This document shows positions 1-13,735 of a stretch of DNA of 64,000 bases, piece after piece. Position 1 is the stretch's first letter, and every line of letters begins with the position of its first letter. The translations under genes were made by a program, and so were the position numbers. Source of the stretch: Octopus vulgaris (Eukaryota); assembly GCA_951406725.2 (NCBI GenBank), contig OX597820.1, positions 24,304,001-24,368,000 on the forward strand, given 5' to 3'. The notes beneath the pieces are model-generated. The model ran no database searches. It was given only the letters and a program-made list of their open reading frames with translations, and had not been told where the DNA came from.

Positions 1-98
1 GAACACACACCTATGCACACTTATGGAACAAAGACTGGGTACTTGCCTAAACTCTGGCAGATAACACATAGGTAAATCGCGGTCTCAAACTCACTCAC

Positions 99-176
99 CA
101 AAAGAATAAGTGCAAAAAGGAAAGGCAACAGTAGCAACAATGAATGCAGTCCCACCTGTAGACGTGGTAGTTGTAG
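99..176 (-). CDS. Internal coding exon (78 nt, phase 0-0) encoding a hydrophobic signal peptide or membrane anchor, LQLPRLQVGLHSLLLLLPFLFALILL; gene continues left of the window
   Basis: Acceptor tttttcaaatttcag| and donor TTG|gtgagt are canonical. Length is a multiple of 3, the sequence is non-repetitive, and frame 0 is open and strongly Leu/Phe-rich. Protein family not recognised. Confidence 0.6.
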
Positions 177-369
177 CTGAAATTTGAAAAAGAATAAATA
201 TAGGAATAGAGATGGATGTGTGGATAAGAAATTTGATTCGTAATCTGTAGGTAATCATCTGTTTGATCCAATAGCAGGTACCTTTCACAAATGTTCTCTG
301 AATGTTGTCTCGCGTTGACCAATACGATGTCGATAGAATTTCGTGGACAGAAACTGCAAAATTGCATCG

Positions 370-444
<75 letters not shown>

Positions 445-704
445 GCCTTTCTGTCTGTCTGTCTGTCTGTCTGTCTGCCTGTCTGTCTACATTGCGTGTG
501 CGCGATCGCGTGTAAGTATATCTCTCTATGCGTGTAACGTTATATTTCACGAACTCTACATATTCTTTCTTCTATTTGAAAAGAGGAAACTTTTCCCGAA
601 ATATTATAAGATCTTAAAACAAACTATGTAAGGCAATACATTATCACTTTCTGTACGTTTTTTTTTCACTGACATCACCATACATATGTTGTCTAACCTC
701 TCAC

Positions 705-710
705 CTGCAT
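705..710 (-). CDS. Candidate alternative start exon end (Met-Gln), phase 0
   Basis: aacaATG CAG|gtgaga, in frame with exon 99-176; a GA-repeat lies just upstream on the minus strand. Confidence 0.3.
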
Positions 711-731
711 TGTTCAGGTGGATAACAACAC

Positions 732-768
<37 letters not shown>

Positions 769-912
769 GCTCTCTCGCTCTATATATGTGTGTATGAGTG
801 TGTGTGTGTACGCACATAAGTTACATACACAGTGACATAATACATGCTCATATATATTTGTATATATATATATATATTTATATATGTATGTATATGTATA
901 TATACACACTCA

Positions 913-966
<54 letters not shown>

Positions 967-1755
967 AGGAAAGAGCTCTTTTATAGCCCAAAATAACAGC
1001 AATTTGGAGGAAAACATAAATATATCGTGTATTCTTTGCAAATAAATAGCATTGAAATCTTCTGAATTGTTGATTTCCTAGTCTAACTGTTACGCATTTC
1101 TGATATATATATATATGAATACATAGATATATATACTTCTACGTCTATATATATGTATATACGAACACAGACACTCATATATGTTTAGAAAGTGCGTGTG
1201 TGTGTAATATTGTTCATATCTATTCGAAGTCAGTCATGTGAACAAATTTACAGATGCTTTCTCTGATGCACCAGTGCACACTTGAGCAATTTAGACAAAC
1301 ATGCACAGATGCATAATGAAAGACTGTGCACATACGGTCGATTCACCTGCAAGAAATAACATGCTATAGTTGTTTCAATATAAAATAAAATGTTATGGAA
1401 TAACGTAAAATATAACGGATGTAAAACGGAAATAATGTAGACAGTTCAGGCATGGATGAAGAAAAAGACGATATAGTCGCGACTGGAGCATGTTAATCGT
1501 AAGCTATTCAACCAGTACTGACCCGAGACAGACACCACTACCACTACCACCGTCGACATTACCATCATTCACACTACTAACACCGCCCCACCGTATCGCC
1601 AATATACCATCACAACCACCACCACCACTATCACAACTACCAGCACTGCCATTACTATCACTTCCAATAATACAAATGCCATTACGACGATGACAGCGAA
1701 AATAAATGTTTTACATAGACATACACATTCATGAACACTCAAGCATATATATGTA

Positions 1756-1801
<46 letters not shown>

Positions 1802-1899
1802 TGTATATACCTATATACGCACACATACATATCAATATATATATGTATGCATATATTTGTATACATATGTTTGTATATATGTATATATATATACATGTA

Positions 1900-1968
<69 letters not shown>

Positions 1969-2191
1969 GCACATGCAAACACCTGCTTGCTGACATAGAT
2001 TTGCTACCGCAGTTCAAAGAAGAAAAACATTTCTCTTTGTCTCTTCTTCACATATACATTCATTTCCATATAAAATTCTATTCGGCATTCAATGTACATT
2101 TTCTCTTTCTCTGGTCCATTTACTAATCTCTTTTTTCTCTCTGTGTTTATATATATATATATGTATATATATATAAACACTTCTATCACAC

Positions 2192-2376
2192 CTGTATCAC
2201 TCAGACAATCGGATGTTATTCAGTGCTGGTTACAATGCGTTGTTCTTCCAAACACTTCCTCGACTGCACCAGTCTATACCAGCTTGACCTTAGTTATTTC
2301 ACTAAATCGTCCTCTCTTCGTCGTGGAGGCCTTCTGAATTGACTTTTCTGATATTTGTTTATTTGTTGAAGATTAC
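2192..2376 (-). other. Candidate non-coding/UTR exon (185 nt)
   Basis: Acceptor atgttttacag|, donor CAG|gtgtga; unique sequence; stops in all three frames. Confidence 0.25.
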
Positions 2377-2868
2377 CTGTAAAACATTATTGAAATATAC
2401 GTAATGAAAATTTCGAAATATTAATTTTCTGTGTATATTGCAACAATATGGAGCTCCAGCTTCCAGCATGGCTTCACTATATACTTATGCTATTTTATAC
2501 AAAGCATTATACGAGCCTGGAAGTTTAACGTTTCTGATTTTCAAAAGTTAAGTGCGGTAAAAAGACCTGTATGTGTCTATGGTTTTGTGGGTGTGTTTAT
2601 ATGTCTGTAAAGGGTGGAAGGCGCTTCTCGCTCGAATGCAAAATATACCATGCATATCTCAGATATATATGAGTGTAAATGAATGTGACACTAATAAACC
2701 ACTTTACGGAACACAGCCTGTAAAGTGTGTAAGTGCATGATTTTGTACCCTATTTTAATCATATGGCTTTGAATTTTAACATTGTATGCAAAGACTTAAT
2801 CTGCAGAAATCCCCTCTGATAAAAATAACAAGCCAGTTCAACTGCGTTTGAAGCAGGTTTTTTCTTAC

Positions 2869-2886
2869 CGTTCCTTGCTTTCTCAT
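2869..2886 (-). CDS. Candidate alternative start exon (MRKQGT), phase 0
   Basis: aagATG AGA AAG CAA GGA ACG|gtaaga. Joined to 99-176 it gives a basic n-region plus hydrophobic core. Possible acceptor ttgtttaacag| before 2939. Confidence 0.35.
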
Positions 2887-3092
2887 CTTATCGTCCCATT
2901 CTTAGTTCGTTATGCTATGATTGTGCTAGGACAGCAGAACTGTTAAACAATACTGTCTGGCATGCTCTCAGCACATGTAACTAAAGTAGCACATAGAAAC
3001 ATATATTACTTGCCAGATAGAGTACTTTTTGTTGTTGATCTTACCATCACGGAACAGTAGTCTTTAAATATATATATATATATATATACATG

Positions 3093-3128
<36 letters not shown>

Positions 3129-3129
3129 G

Positions 3130-3186
<57 letters not shown>

Positions 3187-3605
3187 TACATACATGTAGA
3201 TAGATAGATTAGATAGATAGATAGATAAATAATTCAGAGAATGTAGGATAGCGCCTTTGAAACTTGTAGGTATTACGAAATATGTAGATGTGTGGAAACC
3301 CTAACTTACTAGATGTAACCAATCGGGTGGGTTTCGTCACAGTTTTGTTTGCCCAATTTCAGTAACACGGATAGTAAATAAGTGTAACTCGAACAAGTTA
3401 CTGGTCTGTAAGGTCAAACACGTAATGTCAAGATTGCGTAGCTAACATTTTAATCACAAGCAAATGGCTGCACCAGATAATCTCTTCTTGGTGTTTTCTT
3501 CATCTAGTTCACCTTCTCTCCCTATTCCTATCTCTACTCTTCCCTCCACAGTATATCACCCAATGTTTTGAAAGGTTTTGCATTACTGCGTTGTACAACA
3601 CCTCT

Positions 3606-3672
<67 letters not shown>

Positions 3673-3707
3673 ACCATATCTATTTAGTTGCTTCTTCATG
3701 TCCTTCC

Positions 3708-3933
3708 TTATTTCTTTATTGCCCACAAGGGGCTAAACACAGAGGGGACAAACAAGGACAAACAAAGAGATTAAGTCGATTACATCGACCCCAGTGCGTA
3801 ACTGGTACTTAATTTATCGACCCCGAAAGGATGAAAGGCAAAGTCGACCTCGGCGGAATTTTAACTCAGAACGTAACAGCAGACGAAATACTGCTACGCA
3901 TTTCGCCCGGCGTGGTAACGGTTCTGCCAGCTC
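3708..3933 (-). mobile_element. tRNA-derived SINE, family A
   Basis: Contains tttatcgaccccgaaaggatgaaaggcaaagtcgacctcggcggaattt, repeated many times in the window; B-box-like gttctgagtt(c)aaattcc on the minus strand. Confidence 0.9.
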
Positions 3934-4021
3934 ATGTCCTTTCTGCTTCAGTGACACGTAGATTTGTGTATCATCGGTTCTTTCAATTTTCCTCAAGACA
4001 CCCAAATTCTCTTGCGCTCTC

Positions 4022-4057
<36 letters not shown>

Positions 4058-4442
4058 TTATCTGTCTATCTTTTCGTCTTTTCAGAGGCGTGTTTAATTG
4101 CATACCCCACTCTAAGAAGCGAACATATAACGTCTTTCTCTCAATATCTTTTCCTCCCACTTTCAATAATCCTGTGTATTATTGCTTCCGTTCAATACCT
4201 CGCTTTTAGTCACCCATATATTTTCTCCCATATATATACATATTGTTGTGTTTGTGTGTGTGTGTTTGGATGTGCGTGTGTATGTATGTGCGCGTGTGTG
4301 TGTGTAAGTATGTATATGTATGTATGTATATATATATAAATATATATGTATGTATAGTCATATATTTATAGGCATATATATATATACATACATATATATA
4401 TTATATATAAATATATATATACATACATATATATATACATAC

Positions 4443-4473
<31 letters not shown>

Positions 4474-4488
4474 CATACATTCATATAA

Positions 4489-4545
<57 letters not shown>

Positions 4546-5059
4546 AAGTCATACATACCCCTATCGATGTGACATCACTCACTTATTCCCTGAAGTCTAT
4601 TCCCGTATGTCTCTCACACGCACATATGCACTTTCTCACTGTCTTTTGTCTCTCTCAAAATACATATAAACACACAGACACACATACACATATATATACA
4701 CATGCATTTATATACATATATGCCATACATACCCTAATCGAATGTGACATCATCATTTATTTCCTCAACCTCTCTCTGTCTCTTTCTTTGTCTCTCAAAC
4801 GCACGTGCATTGTCTCGATGTCATTTCTTTATAAAGTCATAAACACGCATATACACGCATATACATATGCACACATAAACATATACACACTTTCATACAA
4901 ATGACAAAAGAGAAAAAATAATTCAAAGAAAATCACATAGACTTGCTCTCAAACAAATCGGCATAAATTAGAATCGTATACAAAACAAGCGGCCATTAGT
5001 ACACGTATACACACACGCATATAGACATGTCAATTCACACATACACGTACACGCACACA

Positions 5060-5267
<208 letters not shown>

Positions 5268-5959
5268 GTATATATACTTACATGCGCACACACAAGCAAT
5301 CACAAAAATACGCATACTCTACGCATACAAAAAAACACGAACCAAATCGTTAGATGCATAACTACACACATACATAGTCCATCACAAGCAAATACACTCG
5401 TATACACACAAACACACATATACATACACAAGCACATAAACGCACATACACACACGTATACATACATATACACACATAAATTACTCTCAGGCATACACAT
5501 TTATAACTCTCATGCACACACACAGTTAATCTGAAGATGGTGTGTCAGTGATTAACCAAATCAATAGAACTGAGAATAAAAGCCAGTTCATTTTAGGAGC
5601 CAGCCAATCACGGCGTCTGTTTTCACACTAATGCGCATGTCACTAATTTGCTATTCATAGCTCCAGATGTACTTTATACAAAGGTTCTTATTGTTTTTTG
5701 ACTTCGTTTTGTTTAGACTGCCGTGACGTGTTCTTGATTTTAATTAAATTTTGTTGTTGAGTTTTCCGATAAATCTCTACAATTTTGTATGCATTTGTGT
5801 GTATGGACGGACGTGTATGTGAGTGTATGCACATGTGTGTGTATGTGTGTATAAATATTTGTGTGATTACATCTATATATTTAAGACGGTGTATATGTGT
5901 GTGCTTTATATTTTGATCGGTGTGTGTGGTAATTCTGGATGGATGAATACATATGTATG

Positions 5960-6013
<54 letters not shown>

Positions 6014-6029
6014 TGTGTATTTGTTTGTT

Positions 6030-6109
<80 letters not shown>

Positions 6110-6595
6110 TTTTCTATCAATTTATCTATCTTCCTACCTACCTTTCTACCTGCCTACCCATCTGCCTAACTACCTATTTATCCACCTACCTAATTATCGG
6201 GACTGCGATCATGCTGGGACGCCATCATTAACACTTAGTTCTTTAAAGTTTGGTACTTTATTCTATGGCACTCTTTTGCCGTGCAGCTGAGTTACGAAAA
6301 CAACAAACCAACAGTATTTGTTAAGTATGGGGCACAAACACACAAACATATTTACACAAATGTACGACGGCCTTGTAATATATGTAAATATTCGTATGTT
6401 GTATATATATATATATTTGTGGTTATGTACTATCTGTGTATATCCCACAGAAGAGGCAGAAAATATTATGCAAAACCAGGAATATAGATCAAGGATCTTT
6501 TCTCCATGGTACTGTATGGGTACTTGATATGGTTTTAGAGTCAAGTTTTAACTACTATCTCTAGCATGGTGGTATCTTTTAGATACCCTTAATTA

Positions 6596-6636
<41 letters not shown>

Positions 6637-6915
6637 GTATATATAATATAAATAATATATAAATATATGCATATATACATACATATATGTACATACCTAC
6701 ATATATATGTATATATACATGCATATATGGGTGTAGGACATAAAAAAAAAAACGTTGAACACCATGAGAAACGAAAACATAAAAACAAAAACATAGAAAA
6801 CGAACATTTTTTCGAACAACGAAAAGAAAAAGAGAAAAAAAAGGAAACATGCAACATAAAGAACATACCCCTTCATCAGTTGTCCCTGTTTCATCTACTC
6901 CGCGTTCGAAGGCAA

Positions 6916-6957
<42 letters not shown>

Positions 6958-7063
6958 TATATATATACATTATATATATACATATAGATTAGAGACAGAT
7001 ATTCTCAGTAAAGAATTCACTTCGCAGTACTCAAGAGATTTGAACTTGAGCAGGTAGAGGAGC

Positions 7064-7430
7064 AAATGTAAGGACAAGCAAGTTAGGCAGATCGAAATAC
7101 AAAAAATATTGAATACATTTAATACAAGAAGTGTACATATGTATACATATGTCCGACTTACACAGAATGGAATTGGTATCAGGAAATGAGTGGTTGAGTA
7201 GGGGTTTTACGAGTCCAACAGCTGTTTCTGAGTACTTGGTGGTCCCAAATAATGCTTGTAGCTTGATTCCATCATCGGATACCATCAACATCCGTCTACA
7301 TGGAAGAATTTTACATTTGAGGTGTTGACAGAATGGAGATTAAAGATGTATACATAAGTATATATCTTGTATTAAATGTATTTAATATTTTTTTAATATC
7401 GACTTGCCTAATTTGCTTGTCATTACATTT
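7064..7430. repeat. Fold-back element: 85-nt inverted arms (7064-7148 / 7346-7430), probably Penelope-related
   Basis: Ungapped arm alignment with 12 mismatches in 85 nt. The right arm is partly re-duplicated at about 7455-7515 and abuts (TA)n. The interior carries a hammerhead-like motif. Confidence 0.8.
7162..7295 (-). other. Candidate exon inside the fold-back loop (possible exonised TE)
   Basis: ttcttccatgtag| ... CTGT|gtaagt; one open frame (RMLMVSDDGIK...NSIL). Confidence 0.2.
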
Positions 7431-7661
7431 ACTGATATATATATATATATATATATAAATGTATTTAATATTTTTAATATATTGCCTAATTTGCTTGTCA
7501 TACATTTACTGATATATATATATACATTCATATATACGCATATATAGTTTTGTTTATATACATACATACATACATACATACATACATACATACCTACATA
7601 CATACATACATACATACATACATACATACATACATACATACATACATACATACATACATAC

Positions 7662-7899
7662 AATGTATGCTAGAAGGTTTGCAAATCTAATGGAGACCTT
7701 CAAAGATATTTAAAGATCCACAAAGACGAGAACTTATCTGTAGCTCATGGTGGTCCAAATCGGATATGCAATCTATGTGGGGGTCTTTTCAGAACATTGA
7801 CTGATTTAAAAAAAGCCACATCAGATGCCATGATGGTTGTAAGGTGTAGGTACAGGTACAGGAGGTGGTGAAATTCTGTATAAGGAGTCGACAACCACC

Positions 7900-7900
<1 letters not shown>
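7662..7900 (+). mobile_element. Degenerate LINE 3' end (RTE-like) with two C2H2 zinc-finger relics and a short 3' UTR
   Basis: Translates NVC*KVCKSNGDLQRYLKIH...ICNLCGGLFRTLTDLK(frameshift)SHIRCH, then ends directly in (TA)n. Clade assignment from memory. Confidence 0.6.
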
Positions 7901-7939
<39 letters not shown>

Positions 7940-8555
7940 CACACCACCACACACATATACATACAGACGTGGCTGTGTGGTAAGAAGTTCGTTTTCTAAT
8001 CACAGTGTTGGTGTGTTTACATCTTCGTGACTTAATTAAGGATTAGGATCGATTCGCTCGACTGAAATTTTGGGAGGTGGTGCTCCAGCATGGCCGCATC
8101 CCAATGGCTGAAACAAGTAAACGATAAACGACATCCACAAACATACACATACGCAGAAACGCACTTATTTATTGGTGTACCTTGGGAACTATATTTCATT
8201 TAAAGAACATTGTGCAACTTGCATTTCTTTTGGAATAAGTCTTTTGTTAATCCTTTCCATAAATCCTGATTAATTTTTTTCCCTCTTATTGATGTATGAA
8301 TGCAGATGTAGTCTAAATTATGTGATACATAAATACATTTCCAATTTTCTGTCACTCTCTTCATATTCATACATACACACATGTACATATATTCTCTTGT
8401 GTGTGTCTCTATGCCACACTTCATTTCTCTCTCTCTTTTTCTATCCCTCTCTGCATGGATTTGTTTCTCCCTCGTATGTCACCCCACTGTTTCTCTTATT
8501 CACACACACATACACACACACACTCACACACACACACACGCACACACACACACTC

Positions 8556-8621
<66 letters not shown>

Positions 8622-9964
8622 GTGTATTTTTTTTAATGTGTACAAATAATACTGAAAAAAAAAATGAATAGTTACCAGGGTAGCAAAAATTCACATAAGT
8701 ACCAAGGATGTAACAGTCTGCTTATAAAGGTAGAAATTCCAGGGTTTAGTGAAATGTTTTTATATTCCATAAATAAATAAACAAATGGAGTTAAACGCAG
8801 GTGTTATTCAAATCTTTATACTTTTTGAATAACACCTGCGTTTAAGTATATGCGTTGTTTGAATATACGTTGTTTGCATATACGTTGTTTGAATATATGC
8901 TGTTTGAATAACACCTGCCTTTTAAGTATATGCGTTGTTTCCTTTCTATCGCTACTTAATGGTCTCTATTCTTCGGAGCTGGTTGGGATCCTGCTACCTT
9001 CTCTTAAGCTCTGTCTTCTCCCCTCCTTTGACTCGTCTTTCCCCCTCTCATCCTCTATGTGGTGTTCAATGTCACTCAAGTCCTGTACTAAGCAATTCGT
9101 TAATTTCGTCCAATAAACCGTGTCCTAATTGATTGTCCTCCCTGCATATGCTTTCCTGTCGTCATCGATTTACGATAGTTTAAGTGGGATGTTAACAGCA
9201 TAAAACTGACCAATCTTTCAGGGCCTACGAAGACCATGGGCACTGCTCCATCCTTTAGAACTAACTAATAAAAAAATGACTGCGATGCTGTGCAATAGGT
9301 TTGTTCCAGTTGAGCGGACGCAACATCAAACGTGTCGCATTGTCGGCTTGTCGGAAGCTTGTATGACTCTCACCTCTTAGAAGTGAACGGAAAAATGAGC
9401 TTTCATTAAAAAAGTTTATGAAGAATATCTTTATTGATTATTGACTTCAAATATTAGTCTGAAGCAGCAGGAAGAGAAAAAATATTACATTTACCCTAAA
9501 AACATTTACCCATTTACAAACCAAACTAACAAGAATTCGTCTAGCAATATATTTGAAATATCGCCACCCTGTAACTTGTATAGTTATTAGCTTTGTAGCT
9601 TTCAATGAAAGCAGTTATGATTAGCGGAGACTCAATCAATGTATTTTAGTTCGTTTTTGATCTTCGTTTTAATATTGCAGAATTTTTCTTTTCTCTGACG
9701 TAACCCACTCCCAAATACGTTAAAACAGTATTTTCTATTATTAACACTCTGCTTCTATTTCTTCCGGGAAGCTCAGTTTCGCTTTCCAGTCTTAGCTACC
9801 TTCACGTCTGCATGTCAATTTATTCTCTTGCGAAACATTTCCACCCCACCTCATACAAACAAACAAACACAGCAAATAAATGTTACATATTTCAAGCCCC
9901 ATCCTTTAATATTACGTAAAATCTTCATATCTGTTTAAAAGGAGATTAATTGCTTTGACCTCAC

Positions 9965-9994
9965 CGTTTCTGTTTCCTCTAAGTAGCAACCCAT
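9965..9994 (-). CDS. Candidate alternative start exon (MGCYLEETET), phase 0
   Basis: acaaATG GGT TGC ... ACG|gtgagg. An upstream acceptor ggttttaacag| at 10196 and a second donor CTG|gtgagt at 10012 suggest a real exon with two donors. Confidence 0.3.
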
Positions 9995-11881
9995 TTGTAC
10001 GAACTACTCACCAGAGGCAGATGCAGTAATGTATATATGAACACCTCATAAAATATGACTGGCTTTTAAGAGCCAGAATTTTGCTGTAGTTTCGTGATGA
10101 CGTTAAGTAGACGAGTTAAATTCCTCCGGATAGAACTCTCGTCTTTCGCAAATATCTCCAGATAAATTTGTACAAATCATTGAATGTTTAATTAACCTGT
10201 TAAAACCAGCTACCAACGAACATAAAACAAAATGCTTGCAGCAGACTTGACATTACGATCTATATACCAGCATAGAAATACATTTGTCACTCAACAGTTT
10301 TGCATCTGCTTAATGGAGGAAACAACACCCATACTACATAAATAAATTAATCATAATGTTTAAATATATTTATTTTATGCCGAAATACTGTTTAGATAAA
10401 GGAAATGATGTTAGTAAACACCGCTTGGATAGCTAGTGGCTTTCAACCTTTTGTAGTTCAGCTCTACTTTCTCGAAATGGCGTTTTACATACGCTCTTAC
10501 ACAATGTTTGGATTAAAAAATAGAGAACTCGAACAGATTACTTTTTTCAATCAAACTAATTTTGTGCAATCCACTACTATACTGGACGAGGTTTCACAAC
10601 AACCTTCATAACTCCAGATAGACTTGTATGTGGAATTTATGAGTTGTAAGGAAAATGAACACGTATAACGTAATACGTATTTATGCTTTGTATGATGTAC
10701 ACGTGTTTCAGAAAAACGAACAAGTAGATTACATTATCATAAATGCCCTGTTAGGCAACAAATGTAGACGGCTCATTTCGTTGGCATTACTGGCAAAAAT
10801 ACCAATTAGTATTTCTGCCAATAATATTGACGAAATGACACGGATACACCATATACAATATAAAAATTACCATGAAAGTTAGTTCTTATGGTCATTGAAC
10901 AAATTCTTAGTCAGGCTGTAAAAAAAAACAAACTCCATGGTTAAAAAAGACTCTCAATAACTAAAGTGTAAGCAAGATTGTTACTTTTAGCAATAAAAGA
11001 TAGGTTGCGCTTCTTTTCACGACTGAACTTTAATAGTTTTCTTTTAAATCTTAGGTCTTCGTAACTTTTGTTACTTTTGGTGTTACAATCACCAATTTTT
11101 CTGTTTTATTTGAAAGTAAAATAGTGGCCAATCAGTAAAAGCTAAATTATTAAATTCATTATTATGAATTGTATTATGAATGTATAATTCTGAGAAAAAA
11201 TAATAAAAACCAAACCGTGGAGACACTATGATTATTTTTCAATTATATGACTTAATACAGTAAATTATTAATGAAATTCGTAAACATGATACTTAAATTA
11301 GGAAAAGCTAGTAACATAAAATTCCATCAACTTTTGCTTCGTATTGAAATTTAGTATATCTTTTATAATTTTTACCGAATATATCATACAATAGCTGTCT
11401 GTTACAGCACTATCAATCACTTTACTTGTTTTGAACAAACATTACGTGTGTGTATTTCATCATAAATTCAACATAAAATTTTGATATTGCTTAAAATCAT
11501 TTTTATATTCAAAATATTTTAATGATTATAATTATACTAATTAATAGTATTAACATTAGTACTTTACTGTAGTGTCATTCACACAAGTTACAGAAATAGG
11601 AATCACCGAAGAACTCAAATGCGAAACAAACTATCAAATCAGTTATTGTCCATTATGAAATTAATAAAATTTGAAGTACAGTTAATAACATTTGGTTACA
11701 GACATAAGTAATAGTGAGATATATGTATATGATGATGCACTAAGTAACAAAATAAAACCGTATCACAGTTCGTATAGGGCAAATTTGCCCTATAAGATTA
11801 ATGCTGAAGAGTTGCAATTAATACTGAAAAGTTGCAGAAAGTTCTTGAATGATGTTGAAGTTAACTTTGGCTTCGAATTTT

Positions 11882-12082
11882 AGTACCAAGGCTAGCAATT
11901 TTGGGAGAGAGGATAAGTCGATTACATTGACCCCAGAGTTCAGTTGGTATTTATTTTATTTACTCCGAAAGAATAAAAGTCAAAGTCGACCTCGGCGGGA
12001 TTTGAACTCAACGTGAAGACGGACGAAATACCACTAAGTATTTTGCCCAGCGTACTAATAATTCCGTCTGCTTGCCGCCGTA
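11882..12082 (-). mobile_element. SINE family A copy
   Basis: aaagtcgacctcggcgggatttgaactc core and family 3' segment. Confidence 0.85.
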
Positions 12083-12502
12083 GCGGTCTTCTTCTTCCAA
12101 TCAGGACTTACGCCATTAGCCACAAAGAATAATATCTAATTCGCGCCTACTCTAAGCTACTAAAAATGCGTGTGGCAACATGAAGATCCACCCACCACAC
12201 GCGATAGACTGGCGGTTGCATGGGCGCGAAAGCTACGTTGTTATCTTCATTCCATAAACGGTGGCTTTTAACGAGTGGAGAGCTGAACCATCATGGAGTA
12301 CAGAGGATTCGCAATCTAGACTAGGGTCTGGAAGTTTACCAAACCATAGTGCTTTGCGGCAGAAGTAGGAAGAGTGAGAGAAAGTTGTGTGGAAAGAGTA
12401 CAGTGGGGTTTGTAGGTCTCCCTTTAACTTTATTTGATCAATGCGAAATAGAGGAAGTTGAGAGCCAGTGGCGTAAACTGTTAAAGCTCGATTGGAAAAA
12501 TA

Positions 12503-12725
12503 TACCGGGGGAGCTCAAAATTTCCTGGCCTCGGATAAAAGAAATTACAGGAGGATCAGTTACGTATGATTTTATTCAACATATTCCCCTCTCAAATTCA
12601 CACACTTATTGCTGCAGTCCTTCAGTTTTTCCAAGCCCTATAAAAAATCATCTCAGAAGGTTGGGCCTCCAATCAGGTCCTTCCCGATACCCTTAAAACC
12701 AGGAACTTTTCAGCACTCCCTCATA
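12503..12725. mobile_element. Mariner-derived MITE
   Basis: Imperfect terminal inverted repeats taccgggggagctcaaaatttcctgg / ccaggaacttttcagcactccctcata with TA ends. Confidence 0.75.
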
Positions 12726-13221
12726 TTGACCGGTTAAAATTTTATTGTAAAGCACCAACATTTGAAATTGAAGCTGGTTCACAGACGTTGCTAAATTTAT
12801 TAGAATAAGCATTGATTGTTTACAGAGTGTCATTAAGAAATGCTACGGTTGAAAGAATGTTTTCGTCAGTGATCTACACCGAAACTAAAGTAAAAAAAAT
12901 TACTGAGGAAGACAATTAAATTCTTGACGCAATAGCAATTTAGTTTTTAAAGATAATGGAAAAATTCTATTGAATACCATATTAAACGAGCAAATTAGAA
13001 CTGACGTGTAGGCATATATATGTATATAAAAATATGTGTGTGTGTGTATACACACACGCAGATATATATATATATATCAAGAGAGAGAGAGAGAGAGAAA
13101 AAGTGAGAGAGTGATACCTATATTCATATATATTCATATATAAACATATGTACGTATAAAATACATCTGTCTGTCTATCTATCTATCTATCTATTTATCT
13201 ATCTATCTGTATGTAGATCTA

Positions 13222-13275
<54 letters not shown>

Positions 13276-13414
13276 CATATATATGCATACATAAATACAT
13301 ATATATATATATATATAAATACATAAATATATATATATATATATACATGCATATATAAACGTGTCTATCTCCCCTTTTTCTCTCTATGTATATAGATATC
13401 TGTATGTATTACAT

Positions 13415-13484
<70 letters not shown>

Positions 13485-13504
13485 GCATACGTATACACAA
13501 CTAT

Positions 13505-13735
<231 letters not shown>

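Larger units (their letters stand above)
11690..12960 (+). mobile_element. Old hAT-like transposase remnant interrupted by younger insertions
   Basis: Peptide relics VNFGFEF (to 11880), EEVESQWRKLLKLDWKN (about 12450) and NATVERMFSSVIYTETKV (about 12840-12890), the last resembling the hAT C-terminal dimerisation motif. Confidence 0.45.

Noticed and set aside
91-288. ORF-track frames for the first exon (ATTTTSTGG... and YNYHVYRWDC...)
   Set aside because: The third frame, not listed in the track, gives a much more protein-like hydrophobic segment; the other frames are not formally excluded.
10012-10049. MRCSYIHYCICL exon spliced to 7295 with TGA recoded by editing
   Set aside because: Requires an unsupported stop-codon edit, and the downstream unit is probably TE-derived.
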